Shown piece after piece: positions 10,162 to 20,211 of a stretch of DNA of 64,000 bases (its first letter is position 1; each line of letters starts with the position of its first letter). The stretch comes from Candidatus Latescibacterota bacterium. GTDB taxonomy: Bacteria > Latescibacterota > UBA2968 > UBA8231. Under the pieces are notes generated by a model. It saw only the letters and a program-made list of their open reading frames with translations, was not told where the DNA came from and ran no database searches. A program made the position numbers and the translations under genes. The stretch lies in NCBI GenBank assembly GCA_965215195.1, contig CBDCDC010000002.1:1344001-1408000 (forward strand). The letters are read 5' to 3'.

Positions 10162-11642
10162 TCCATGGCCGGATCGAGTTTCCAGCGGCACTGGTCGGGC
10201 GGCTGCACAGTGCGGCCCCACGCGGCTAGGATGGCCCGGTCGGCGCGCAGCGCGGCCAGGCGCGCAGCAATCCACTCTGGGTCCCACCCGTCCAAGACTT
10301 CGGCTTTGAGCGCGGCCAGCGTCTCTTGGTGCGCCGGATCGGCCGCTAGGTCGCAGCGCTCGCGTGGGTCGGCTCGGAGGTCGAAAAGCTGGCAGGGCTG
10401 GCCGTGGTAGTAGTTGAGCTTCCACGGCCCGCGCCGAATCATGCGCTGAAAAATGCCCTCTTGTGGGAAGGGGCCGCCGGCCCCGGCCGCGTCTTGGCAG
10501 AACTCGGAGAAAGCGACGTCGTCCCACGCGGCGTTTTGGGGATCCGCGAGCAAGGGCAGTAGGCTGCGGCCCCGCGAGCCGGGCAGGGACGGGCAGCCCA
10601 AGGCGTCGAGCATGGTCGCGTTGAGGTCGAGCGAAGAAATCACCCGGTCGCAACGAATGCCGGCGGGCAAGCGCCCGGGCCAAGCGAGTATAGCCGGCAC
10701 CTTAACCGAGTCCTCGTAAAAGGTCTGCTTCCACCACAGCCCGTGCTCGCCGACCTGCTCGCCGTGGTCCGACGTATAGAGGACGAGGGTATTTTCCTCC
10801 AAGTCGTTTTCCCGCAGCGCGGCCGCGATCTGGCCGATCAGCGCGTCCATGCGGTGGACTAGCGCCCAATAGGCAGCGCGGGCGCGGCGGGTCTCTTCCG
10901 CGCTGACTTCCTCGATCTCGCAGGCTTGACGCCAGCGTTTGATGTGGGGGTGTAGGTGGTCGCCGAAGGGTTCGGGGGTTTGCGGCGGACCCATGTTTTC
11001 ATAGTAGTAGCGATAGTCTTGCAAGCGGGCGACAAAGGGCTGGTGCGGCAGCATGAAACCAACCGAGAGCGAGAACGGCTCTGCTGCTTGGCCGGCGCGC
11101 TTGGCCACGCCGAGGCGGTTGAGAAAGTCAACGGCAGCGGCGGCCACGTCTTCGTCGTGGACTTGGTAGGCACTCTGGCCGTGGCCGGACAGGCGCAGGC
11201 TGACGCGGCTCGGCCCGGCCGTGCCGGCGAGTTGGCCGTGGTCGACGCCTTGGCCCCCGGGCTGGTTGGGGCCGTGGTCGCCAACGAGCCGCTCGGCGTA
11301 CCCGCGCAGCTGATCCGGCCCAACCGAGTGCATGCGGCCCACGAGTGCGGGGCGGTAGCCGCCCGCGCCCATGGCGTGGGCGAGGGTGGGGATGCCAGAG
11401 TCGAGGATGTGGGTATTGGTCCAGACTTGGTTGTCGCAGGGGTAGCGGCCCGAGAGCATGGACATCCGCGAGGGCACGCAAATCGGCGAGGGGCAATAGG
11501 TGTTGTCGAACACCACGCCACGGGCGGCGAGGGCATCGAGGTGGGGGGTCTCGACCAAGGGATCGCCATAGCAGCCGGCCACGTAGGGGCTGTGTTGGTC
11601 GGAGTGGATGTAAAGCAGGTTGGGGCGGGGGTCTCGGCTCAT
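10110..11642 (-). CDS. sulfatase (choline-sulfatase-like)
   Basis: PNLLYIHSDQH, CxPxR (CVPSR), GRMH, SDHGE, KQTFYEDSVKVP. Confidence 0.9.
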   Translation of the reverse strand: MSRDPRPNLLYIHSDQHSPYVAGCYGDPLVETPHLDALAARGVVFDNTYCPSPICVPSRMSMLSGRYPCDNQVWTNTHILDSGIPTLAHAMGAGGYRPALVGRMHSVGPDQLRGYAERLVGDHGPNQPGGQGVDHGQLAGTAGPSRVSLRLSGHGQSAYQVHDEDVAAAAVDFLNRLGVAKRAGQAAEPFSLSVGFMLPHQPFVARLQDYRYYYENMGPPQTPEPFGDHLHPHIKRWRQACEIEEVSAEETRRARAAYWALVHRMDALIGQIAAALRENDLEENTLVLYTSDHGEQVGEHGLWWKQTFYEDSVKVPAILAWPGRLPAGIRCDRVISSLDLNATMLDALGCPSLPGSRGRSLLPLLADPQNAAWDDVAFSEFCQDAAGAGGPFPQEGIFQRMIRRGPWKLNYYHGQPCQLFDLRADPRERCDLAADPAHQETLAALKAEVLDGWDPEWIAARLAALRADRAILAAWGRTVQPPDQCRWKLDPAMDYLDPEQLDSSQRSTSK

Positions 11643-11760
11643 AATGGACCTTGGCGGTTAGACGGTGTGCTCGACAAGGTACGCGGCTGGTTGGAGCCGA
11701 GCAAGATGGCGGGACAGGTTGTATTTTTTAACGGCGAATCGCAAGCCATGGAGATTGGAT

Positions 11761-12564
11761 ATGCAAGGTAAAAAAGCCGCCAAGCCGGCGAAGATGAAGC
11801 GGAAGATCTACGAGCGCGAATTGACCAAGTTGCACCACGAGCTGGTCAAGTTGCAGCACTGGATTAAGGACCAAGGCTTGCGGGTCGCAATCGTCTTTGA
11901 GGGGCGCGACACGGCCGGCAAGGGCGGGATCGTCAAGCGCATCACCGAGCCGCTCAATCCGCGCGGCGCACGCGTGGTGGCCTTGGGCACGCCCTCGGAC
12001 CGCGAGCGCACCCAGTGGTACTTCCAGCGCTACGTGGCCCACCTGCCAGCCGCGGGCGAGATCGCGATCTTCGACCGCAGCTGGTACAACCGCAGCGGCG
12101 TTGAGCGGGTCTTCGGCTTTTGCACCGAAGAGGAGTATTGGGAGTTTCTCCACTCGTGCCCAGAGTTTGAGCGCATGCTAGTGCGCTCGGGAATTATCCT
12201 GCTCAAGTACTGGCTCTCAGTGAGCGAGGAAGAGCAAGAAAGGCGCTTTCAGGAGCGCGCCCGGAATCCGCTCAAGCACTGGAAGCTCTCCGCTATAGAT
12301 CTCAAGTCGCGGAACATGTGGGTCGAGTACTCCAAGGCCAAAGACGAGGCGTTTTTCTACACGGACATTCCCGAAGCACCTTGGTACACGGTCGAAGCCG
12401 ACGACAAGCGCCGGGCGCGTCTCAACTGCATCGCGCACATCCTCAGCCAACTGCCCTACAAAGACGTGATGCCGCAAAAAATCGAGCTGCCGCCGCGCCC
12501 GCCTCACGGCGAGTACCAGCGTCCGCCCCACAGCAAGTTGCACTTTGTCGATGAGAAGTACTGA
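11761..12564 (+). CDS. ppk2: polyphosphate kinase 2
   Basis: EGRDTAGKGG, QWYFQRY, FDRSWYNR, DDKRRARLN. Confidence 0.95.
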   Translation: MQGKKAAKPAKMKRKIYERELTKLHHELVKLQHWIKDQGLRVAIVFEGRDTAGKGGIVKRITEPLNPRGARVVALGTPSDRERTQWYFQRYVAHLPAAGEIAIFDRSWYNRSGVERVFGFCTEEEYWEFLHSCPEFERMLVRSGIILLKYWLSVSEEEQERRFQERARNPLKHWKLSAIDLKSRNMWVEYSKAKDEAFFYTDIPEAPWYTVEADDKRRARLNCIAHILSQLPYKDVMPQKIELPPRPPHGEYQRPPHSKLHFVDEKY

Positions 12565-12610
12565 AAAGCGGTTTTGCAACTTGCCCGAGTTGCTGCGGGC
12601 GCCGTGCGGC

Positions 12611-14128
12611 ATGCCCCTCTTTATCGTCGCGGCGACATTCCTCGTAGGGGTCTGGACCTTTGACGCCAAACTTTCTCTGAGCGGCGACAACGCCGAATTC
12701 ATTACGCTGGCGCACAGTCTGGCCCAAGGCGAGGGGCTTTTGCACATCAACTCGCCCGATCCGCAGCCAGCGACCAAGTACCCGTTTGGCTTTCCCCTTT
12801 TGCTGGCACCTATGGCGTGGGCTTTCCCCGGCGATTGGGTGCCCATGAAGGCCTGGGTGCTGGTGCTCTTTGCACTGGGCATGGGGGTGCTCTACCAGTT
12901 GGCCAAGGAGCGGGTGGGCGTCTTGCCCGGCTTGGCAGTGGTGGCGCTGAGCCTTATGGCCGGCAAGAGCTATTTGACGCACGGCCCGACCGGCCCAGCC
13001 TACGGCCCGCTGCTGCTGCACTACGCACACCAAGTCATGTCCGAAGTGCCCTATCTGACTTTTTCGCTTTTGGCGCTGTGGCTCGTCGAACGGGGCGTTG
13101 GGCGCGAGCCCCTCAAGGGAAATTGGTGCCTCGTCGGCGGGTTTGCCTGCACCATTTGGGCGTACTACATCCGCACGGCTGGGATCGCGCTAGTGGCGGC
13201 TGTGGTGGTCTATTTGTTGGTCCGGCGCGATTTCCGGCGGGGTTCGCTCTTTGGCGGCGCGGCATTTGTCTGCTATCTGCCGTGGGCCTTGCGCAACCAA
13301 GCGGTGGGCGGCGGCAGCGTCTATATCAAACAGCTCTTCATGGTCAATCCCTACCACCCAGAGCGGGGCTTGCTCGACGTGGGCGGCCTTGTCGAGCGCT
13401 TCATCGGCCATACGCATGGCTATTTGACGCGGGAATTGCCCAATACCCTAGTGCCTTTTTTTAACGGCACCGAGACGATCCTGCATCCCGCCCCCTTGTT
13501 GCTGATCGCGCTCGCCGTTGCCGCGACAGCACTCTGCATCAAGCGCGGCCAACACCTGCTGCTCCTGCTCTACGCGGCCTTCTCTATAGGTATAGTGTTG
13601 CTCTGGCCCTGGCCGGGGGATCGCTTTTTGCTGCCCATTGTGCCGGTGCTCGTCTTGTTGGGGGTGTGGGCCGTTTTGCAAATCCGCGACAGACTGGCCG
13701 GGGGCCGTGTGGGCAAGTTCGCAGTATGGGGTTGCTTTCTCGCCTGCGTCAGCGGCCAAGTTGGCGGGGTCAAGCGCCTAGCCGACTACGCCGCCGCCGA
13801 CTACCCCCCGCCTTGGCGCCGCTACTACCAAGCCGGTCAATGGCTCAAAGCCAATGCGCCGGAAGACGCCATCGTGCTGTGCCGCAAGGGCTACTGGATG
13901 TACATCGCCTCGGGCCGGCGTTGCGTCGGCTTTCCCTTTGACGAGCCGGCCAAAGTGCTGGCCCACATGGAGCGCAAAAAGGTGGATTACGTCGTGCTGG
14001 AGAGCCTCGGTTTTCCGCAAACTTGGCAGTACCTGTACCCAGCCATCAAGGAATACGAGAGCCGCTTTCAGATGGTGTGGCACGACCCGGTGGTCCCGAC
14101 GTATGTACTGCGTTTTCTCCGGCCCTAG
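12611..14128 (+). CDS. GT-C superfamily (ArnT/PMT-like) membrane glycosyltransferase
   Basis: GDNAEFITLAHSLAQG, YP.GFPLLLA, MSEVPY, many TM helices, C-terminal WLKANAP..A domain; start uncertain (12545-12611). Confidence 0.7.
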   Translation: MPLFIVAATFLVGVWTFDAKLSLSGDNAEFITLAHSLAQGEGLLHINSPDPQPATKYPFGFPLLLAPMAWAFPGDWVPMKAWVLVLFALGMGVLYQLAKERVGVLPGLAVVALSLMAGKSYLTHGPTGPAYGPLLLHYAHQVMSEVPYLTFSLLALWLVERGVGREPLKGNWCLVGGFACTIWAYYIRTAGIALVAAVVVYLLVRRDFRRGSLFGGAAFVCYLPWALRNQAVGGGSVYIKQLFMVNPYHPERGLLDVGGLVERFIGHTHGYLTRELPNTLVPFFNGTETILHPAPLLLIALAVAATALCIKRGQHLLLLLYAAFSIGIVLLWPWPGDRFLLPIVPVLVLLGVWAVLQIRDRLAGGRVGKFAVWGCFLACVSGQVGGVKRLADYAAADYPPPWRRYYQAGQWLKANAPEDAIVLCRKGYWMYIASGRRCVGFPFDEPAKVLAHMERKKVDYVVLESLGFPQTWQYLYPAIKEYESRFQMVWHDPVVPTYVLRFLRP

Positions 14129-14265
14129 TGCGCTCGGCCGCGGCCTCCACCATTTCCCGTATTCGCACCTCGCTGCCGACTTTGAATTTTTATGCAAGTC
14201 TTGGGCGACCAGCCCCGCCTGCACGGTCAGTGCCACGTTTTACTCCCTGACCGCAATGCACAAGC

Positions 14266-15249
14266 TCACGGCAATGGGGCGTCGGCGCGGACCAAGCCCT
14301 CGGCGCGGAGTTCGGCCCAAAACGCGGGGGGAAGCTCCTGAGTGAGCAAGGCGAAATTCTCGCTCACTCGCTCGGGCTGCCGCGTCCCGGGGATGATGCA
14401 GGTGATGGCCGGATGGGCGAAGACGAATTGCGAGGCCGCCGCCCGCAGATCGACTTGGTGGCGAGCGGCCACGGCCTCTAGGGACTTGGCCCTAGCCGCG
14501 ATTTCGGGCGGAGCTTCCCGGTAGTTGTACGTTGCGCCCGGGCGCGCACCTTTGGCCAAGATGCCGCTGTTGTACGTGCCGCCGGCCATGATGCCGATGT
14601 TCTTTTGCACACACAGCGGCAAGAGTTCGTCGAGTGCGCTCTGATCGAGCAAGCTGTAGCGGCCGGCGAGGAGGAAGCAGTCGAAGTCGCCTTCGCGGGC
14701 AAAGCGGGCCAGCATTTCCCACTGGTTCATGCCCGCACTGACGGCGCGGATGACGCCCGCGCCGCGCAGCTTGTCGAGCGCGGGATACGCCCCGGCAATG
14801 GCCTCCTGCCAGTGATTGTCCGGGTCGTGAATGTGGAGGATGTCGATGCGATCTACGCCTAGGCGTTTGAGGCTGTCTTCAAAAGAGCGCATGACGCCGT
14901 CGTAGCTGAAGTCGAACACGGGTTGGTACGGGGCCGGGTCGTCAAACGCGCCCACCTGTTGGTCCCGCTCGGTTGGGACCAAGATGCGCCCCACTTTGGA
15001 CGCCAGCACGTACCTGTCGCGCGGCACCCCCACGAGGGCCTGCCCGAGGCGGATTTCGCTTTTGCCCGCTCCGTACAGGGGGGCGGTGTCCAAGAGGTTC
15101 AGCCCCAAAGACAGGGCGCGGCGCACTACGGAGACGGCCTGAGAGTCCGGTATGTCGCCGTATAGGCCGCCGATGGAGGCGCAGCCCAAGCCGAGGCGGG
15201 TGACGCACAAGCCGCTGCTGCCGAGGGGGACTTTTTCGAGTGGATTCAT
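14266..15249 (-). CDS. aldo/keto reductase
   Basis: DTAPLYGAGKSE, SKVG, DFSYDGV, HIHDPD, LAGRYSLLDQ. Confidence 0.92.
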   Translation of the reverse strand: MNPLEKVPLGSSGLCVTRLGLGCASIGGLYGDIPDSQAVSVVRRALSLGLNLLDTAPLYGAGKSEIRLGQALVGVPRDRYVLASKVGRILVPTERDQQVGAFDDPAPYQPVFDFSYDGVMRSFEDSLKRLGVDRIDILHIHDPDNHWQEAIAGAYPALDKLRGAGVIRAVSAGMNQWEMLARFAREGDFDCFLLAGRYSLLDQSALDELLPLCVQKNIGIMAGGTYNSGILAKGARPGATYNYREAPPEIAARAKSLEAVAARHQVDLRAAASQFVFAHPAITCIIPGTRQPERVSENFALLTQELPPAFWAELRAEGLVRADAPLP

Positions 15250-15342
15250 GGCGTGCTCCTCAGGGGATAGAGACCAGGGGTTAGTGGTTCAAAACATAGG
15301 CCAAATCACCCGCTGCAAAAAGCCCGCCCCCTTGGGGTCTGC

Positions 15343-15371
15343 TTGACGCCCACAGGGGCAGGCCGTACATT
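15343..15371 (+). promoter_or_regulatory. putative sigma-70 promoter
   Basis: TTGACG-17 nt-TACATT upstream of the 15417 operon. Confidence 0.5.
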
Positions 15372-15416
15372 AAACGGCCTTTGTAAATAGATCAGAACTC
15401 ATTGAATATAAAAGAG

Positions 15417-16850
15417 ATGTATCAATTTAAGGCCAAGCTCCTAGCGCTGCTGATGCTGGCCGGATGCACCGCCACTGAGGAGTTGCCGCAAGAAGCGGCG
15501 AGCGGCGAGCGGTCGGCCTTGGCCGAGTGGCAGTGGGCCGATGGCGAGCTGCCTTGGGGCACTTGGGACGAGTCTTTGTTCGCGCGCGCTCAACGCGCCG
15601 ACAACCCCATATTGGTGTATTTGGCCGCTCCGGGATGCGAGGGCCTGTTTCCCGCGCCAACGCCGGCGTTGCGCCGACTGGTCGCCGAGAAATTTGTCGG
15701 CGTGCGGGTCGATCCATTCAAGCGGCCGGACATTGCGCGGCACTACGACAGCGGCGGTTGGCCGGCTCTAGTGGCGGCCCTGCCGGACGGGCGAGTTTTC
15801 GCCCGGGCCGTGGATATTCCGCCGCCCAACGTCGAGCCTTATCTGCGCCGGTTGCGCACGGCCTACGAGGAAAAGCGCGCCGTAATCGCCGCCAAGGTGC
15901 AGCGCAGCGCCTCTCGTCCCGAGGTTGAGAAGCCCTTTGCAGTAGAGGCCGTGTACCGCGCCTGCGCGGCCGCCTTTGACTCGGCCCACGGCGGCTTTGG
16001 CGGCCCGACCAAGTTTCTCGAGGCTTCGGTATTGCGCTTCCTACTCGTCTATGCCGAGGCGCGGGGCACTGCGCCGGCGCGGCAGATGGCCTTGGCTAGC
16101 CTAGACGCGGTACTGGCCTCGCCGCTCGGCGACAGCGGTGGTTTTCGCGCGTACTCGTACGCGCCGGATTGGAGCGCACCCGCCAGCGAGCGGGACGCCC
16201 TCGATCAGGCCGCCATGCTGCATCTGTTGCTGGAGGCCGGCCAGCCCCGCTACGCCGAGTCGGCCAGAGCGCTGCTCGGCTTTGTCGAGGGCACGCTCTT
16301 CGACGCGGCCGAGGGCGCGTTCCGCGGCCGCCAAGTCATGGCCGGCACTTGGTGGACCGATCCCACGCTCTACGCCGACCGCCAAGCGGCCCTGATACGG
16401 GCCTATCTAGCCGCGGCGGCCGCCCTAGGCGACGACCGCGCCGCCGCGGTGGCCCTGCAAGCCGGCGACGCGCTCATCAACCGCTGTGTCGATGGGCGCG
16501 GCCAAGTGCAGCACGTCTGCGACGCAGAGGCCGAGGGCAGCGCGGGCCTGCTCGTCGATCAAGCCTTGGCGGCATTGGCCCTGTGGGAATTGGGCGAGTG
16601 GAGCGGAGAGGCGCGGTTTGCCGCGGCCGCCGACCAGGTCGCGCGCTTTACCGAGCAATCGTACGACTATTTTGCGGCCCTCGGCCCCCGGCCGCACCCC
16701 GGCAAGGCCCTCGCCCTCCAGCTCTACGGGCGACAGGGCCGGGCCGAACAGGTGGTCGCCTTGACCGGCGAGCCGCCCTTGGCGCAGGTACTTGGTCGGG
16801 CGCATAGCTCATGGGCGCGGGCCTTGCTGCTCTACGGCCCGCCGCTATGA
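15417..16850 (+). CDS. YyaL/DUF255-like thioredoxin plus (alpha/alpha)6 domain lipoprotein
   Basis: Lipobox LAGC; W..W...FARA, RPDIARHY..GGWP, D..HGGFG..TKF motifs. Confidence 0.65.
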   Translation: MYQFKAKLLALLMLAGCTATEELPQEAASGERSALAEWQWADGELPWGTWDESLFARAQRADNPILVYLAAPGCEGLFPAPTPALRRLVAEKFVGVRVDPFKRPDIARHYDSGGWPALVAALPDGRVFARAVDIPPPNVEPYLRRLRTAYEEKRAVIAAKVQRSASRPEVEKPFAVEAVYRACAAAFDSAHGGFGGPTKFLEASVLRFLLVYAEARGTAPARQMALASLDAVLASPLGDSGGFRAYSYAPDWSAPASERDALDQAAMLHLLLEAGQPRYAESARALLGFVEGTLFDAAEGAFRGRQVMAGTWWTDPTLYADRQAALIRAYLAAAAALGDDRAAAVALQAGDALINRCVDGRGQVQHVCDAEAEGSAGLLVDQALAALALWELGEWSGEARFAAAADQVARFTEQSYDYFAALGPRPHPGKALALQLYGRQGRAEQVVALTGEPPLAQVLGRAHSSWARALLLYGPPL

Positions 16851-17743
16851 GGATTTTGGTGACAGGTGCCACCGGCTTTTTGGGCCGCACCCTGCTGTCC
16901 TTGAAAGGGGAAGCCGAGTGGATCGGCTGCGGCCGCCGGCCCGCGGCCGACCTTCCCTATGGCCAAGTCGATCTAGCCGACCGCCAAGCCGCGACCGCAC
17001 TTGTCGCCGAGCTCGCTCCCGACTGGGTGATCAACGCCGCGGCCATGACCGATGTCGATGACTGCGAAAAAGACGTGCGGGCCGCGCGGCAAGCCAATGT
17101 CGATATTCCCGAGAACTTGGCAGTGGCTTGCGACGCGGTCGGAGCCGGCTTGGTTCACATTTCCACAGATTACGTCTTCGACGGCAAGCGCGGCCCCTAC
17201 GGCGAAGGGGATGCAGCCAATCCGCTGTCTTGCTATGGCCGACTCAAGCTCGAAAGCGAGGGTATATTAAAAAAAATGGAGCGCGTGCTCGTCGTGCGCA
17301 CCCTGTGGCTATACGGCTATGTCCCACAGGCCGGGTCCAATTTCCTCACGTGGGTGCTGCGGGCGCTGTCTAGCGGCCAGTCCGTGCGGATTTTTGCCGA
17401 TCAGTGGGGCAACCCGACCTACATCCGCGATCTGGCCCGCGCCTTGGTGGCCCTGTGCGGCCAAGACGCGCGGGGCTTGCTGCACGCAGGCGGCGCGACC
17501 TTTATGACGCGCTGGGAGATGGCGCGGGAGCTGGCCTGTTTCTTTGGCATTGATGGCGCGTTGATCCAACCCGTGCCGACCCGCGCGGCCGGGCTGCCAG
17601 CCGTGCGCCCCCTGCGCTCTGGTCTGCGCACCGATGCGTTGGAAGCTGCGCTCGGCCGCCGGCCCCTGAGCTTTGCCGAGGGGCTGCAACACCTCGCTGC
17701 GGACCCGCTTTTTCGCCGCGACTTTCCCCAATTTGCCCGCTAG
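16847..17743 (+). CDS. rmlD: dTDP-4-dehydrorhamnose reductase family SDR
   Basis: ILVTGATGFLG, NAAAMTDVD.CE, STDYVFDG, YxxxK (YGRLK), DQWGNPT; ATGA overlap with upstream gene. Confidence 0.85.
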   Translation: MRILVTGATGFLGRTLLSLKGEAEWIGCGRRPAADLPYGQVDLADRQAATALVAELAPDWVINAAAMTDVDDCEKDVRAARQANVDIPENLAVACDAVGAGLVHISTDYVFDGKRGPYGEGDAANPLSCYGRLKLESEGILKKMERVLVVRTLWLYGYVPQAGSNFLTWVLRALSSGQSVRIFADQWGNPTYIRDLARALVALCGQDARGLLHAGGATFMTRWEMARELACFFGIDGALIQPVPTRAAGLPAVRPLRSGLRTDALEAALGRRPLSFAEGLQHLAADPLFRRDFPQFAR

Positions 17744-17752
17744 CGCATTCCC

Positions 17753-18478
17753 GTGGACCCCGTGCGGATTTCGCTGGTGACGCCCACGTACAACGAGCGG
17801 GAAAACCTGCCGCTTTTGGCCGAAGAGATATTCGCGGTCGTCGGCCAAAAGCCGGATATCGACTTGGAGCTCATCGTGGTAGATGACAACTCGCCCGACG
17901 GCACCGGCGAGGTGGCCGAGTCCCTGAAGGACCGCTATCCCGTGCAGGTGGTCCATCGGGCCGGCAAGCTCGGTTTGGGGTCGGCGGTGATGGCGGGTTT
18001 CGCCCAGTCGGCGCGGCCGCACCTCGGGGTGATAGACGCCGACTTGAGCCACGACCCGGCGATTTTGCCCGAGCTGGTCCACAGCCTGCGCGAATGCGAC
18101 ATTGCCATGGGCAGCCGCTTTGGGGCGACCAGCCGCGTCGAGAAATGGGCTTGGCACCGCAAGCTAATTTCGCAAGTCGGGGTGGGCGCGGCCCGCCTGC
18201 TGACCGGGGTCGAGGACCCGCTGTCGGGTTATTTCTGTCTGCGCCGCCAAGTGATACAGGACCTAGTGCTCACGTCCTCGGGCTACAAAATTTTGCTCGA
18301 AATTTTGGTCAAGGGCCGCTATCAGCGGCATCGGTCCGTGCCATTTGTCTTTCGCAACCGCCAGTTCAGCTCCAGCAAGCTGGACCTGCGCGAGTACCTG
18401 CTCTTTGCCAAACAGATCCTCTACTTCAGCGGCTACAAGCTCATGGGCCGCCAGCGAGGGGCCCGATCGTGCGACTGA
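17753..18478 (+). CDS. polyprenol-phosphate mannose synthase-like GT2
   Basis: PTYNERENL, DDNSPDGT, DADLSH, DPLSGY. Confidence 0.88.
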   Translation: MDPVRISLVTPTYNERENLPLLAEEIFAVVGQKPDIDLELIVVDDNSPDGTGEVAESLKDRYPVQVVHRAGKLGLGSAVMAGFAQSARPHLGVIDADLSHDPAILPELVHSLRECDIAMGSRFGATSRVEKWAWHRKLISQVGVGAARLLTGVEDPLSGYFCLRRQVIQDLVLTSSGYKILLEILVKGRYQRHRSVPFVFRNRQFSSSKLDLREYLLFAKQILYFSGYKLMGRQRGARSCD

Positions 18479-20142
18479 GCGTCGTCTTCCTCAGCTACAA
18501 CACCCGCGACCTGACCCGACAGGCCCTGAGCGCGGTGCTCGCAGCAGCCGAGGGCCTAGAGGTGGAGATATTCGTCGTCGACAATGCCTCGGCCGACGGC
18601 AGCGCCGACATGGTGGCCGAGGAGTTTCCAGAAGTGGAGCTCATTTGCAACGCGGCCAACGTGGGTTTCGCGGCCGGCAACAACGTGGCCCTGCGGCAGG
18701 TGGCCGGAGAATACGCGCTGCTGATCAACACCGATACCATTGTGCGCCGAGACGCGCTGCGCACGATGGTAGAATTCTTGGACGCGCACCCACAAGCCGG
18801 GGCCTGCGGGTGCAAAATCCTCGACCCGGACGGCACTTTGCAGCTCGACAGCCGCCGCGGCTTCCCCACGCCCTTGGCTGCTTTCTGCAAGATGTCGGGC
18901 CTGAGCCGCCTCTTTCCCAAGCATCCACTCATCGCCCGCTACCACATGACGTATCTCGACCCTGAGCAAACGGCTGAGGTCGAGGTGCTGTCTGGTTCCT
19001 GCATGATGGTGCGAAAGGCGGCCATGGACCAAGTGGGTCTGCTCGACGAGTCCTACTTCATGTACGGCGAGGACATCGACTGGTGCTATCGCTTCCACCA
19101 AGCCGGCTGGAAGATCTACTACGTGCCGACGACCGCGATCATCCACTTCCGCGGCGAGAGCGGCCGGGGGACGCCCCTGAAAATTCTCTATCGCAAGAGC
19201 CAAGCCATGTCGATTTTTGTCGACAAGCACATGGCGCGGCGCTATCGCTTCTTTCCGCTGTGGCTTTTGCAGGTGGGCATTGCCCTGCACGGGACGTTCC
19301 GCTTCCTCGCTCGGGCGGGCCGCGCCTTGGCCATGCCCCTGATCGACGCCGGCTTGGTGCTCTGCGGCCTGAAGTTAGGTTTAGCAGTGCGCTACCACCC
19401 AGAGCTGGTGCCCTTCATCTACCGCATTGAGCAGGTCGGCAACCTCTTCGGCCTCGACGTCCAGCCGACGCGCTGGCTGGTCCCGCCTCCGTACTCGGAT
19501 TTGCAATGGGCCGTCGTGTACGGTGCTTCAACCTTAATCTGGCTGTTGGCGTTTTACGTGTCGGGCCTGTACGACCGCCGCCGCTACTCTGTGGCGTGGT
19601 CGGTGGTGGGCGTGACGCTGGGGTTTGCCTTCATCGTGACGCTGGTGTTCTTCTTTAAGGCATACAACTTCTCGCGGCTGGCTGCGGTCGCGGCTTGGTT
19701 TTGCAACGCAGTGTTAATCGCCGGTTGGCGCTTCGCCGGGCGTTGGTTCCTGCACCAGCGCGGCCGCGAGGGCCGATTGCGCACCCTGCTGGTGGGAACC
19801 GATGCGGTCGCAGTGGATTTCGTCGAGCAGCTAGAGCGGGCGGGCGTGGCCCACTACAACCTGATCGGCGTGGTGGGAGAGGCTCCTCAGCCGCGGGTCC
19901 GCGCCCTGGCCGGTCGCCCGCTAGTCGGTCACGTCGGCCAGCTAGAGGAGCTGGTGCGCGACTTTGCCATCGACCACCTCGTGTTCACCCCGAGTGCCAT
20001 GGGGTCGTTCTTGGAGCAGCCAGTGCGGTCGCGGGATTTGCGCGTTAGCATGGTGCCGGTCGCGTTTGCCGAAATGGTTGCCGACCGCGGCGTACGCGAC
20101 TCTGCGCCCCTGCCTCTCGTGGAAATTAGGACGGGCCGTTGA
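18469..20142 (+). CDS. GT2 glycosyltransferase fused to membrane and Rossmann-like sugar-transferase N-terminal domain
   Basis: GTG 18469; DNASADGS, NVGFAAGNN, FMYGEDIDWC; C-terminal TM helices, FSR and RTLLVG. Confidence 0.82.
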   Translation: MRLSVVFLSYNTRDLTRQALSAVLAAAEGLEVEIFVVDNASADGSADMVAEEFPEVELICNAANVGFAAGNNVALRQVAGEYALLINTDTIVRRDALRTMVEFLDAHPQAGACGCKILDPDGTLQLDSRRGFPTPLAAFCKMSGLSRLFPKHPLIARYHMTYLDPEQTAEVEVLSGSCMMVRKAAMDQVGLLDESYFMYGEDIDWCYRFHQAGWKIYYVPTTAIIHFRGESGRGTPLKILYRKSQAMSIFVDKHMARRYRFFPLWLLQVGIALHGTFRFLARAGRALAMPLIDAGLVLCGLKLGLAVRYHPELVPFIYRIEQVGNLFGLDVQPTRWLVPPPYSDLQWAVVYGASTLIWLLAFYVSGLYDRRRYSVAWSVVGVTLGFAFIVTLVFFFKAYNFSRLAAVAAWFCNAVLIAGWRFAGRWFLHQRGREGRLRTLLVGTDAVAVDFVEQLERAGVAHYNLIGVVGEAPQPRVRALAGRPLVGHVGQLEELVRDFAIDHLVFTPSAMGSFLEQPVRSRDLRVSMVPVAFAEMVADRGVRDSAPLPLVEIRTGR

Positions 20143-20153
20143 GGGGGGCAGTG

Positions 20154-20182
20154 TTGATTTTTTGCCTTTATTTACGTATTGT
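20154..20182 (+). promoter_or_regulatory. putative sigma-70 promoter of ABC exporter operon
   Basis: TTGATT-17 nt-TATTGT. Confidence 0.4.
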
Positions 20183-20211
20183 GAACGCGAGCATACGCTG
20201 GGAGAATAACT

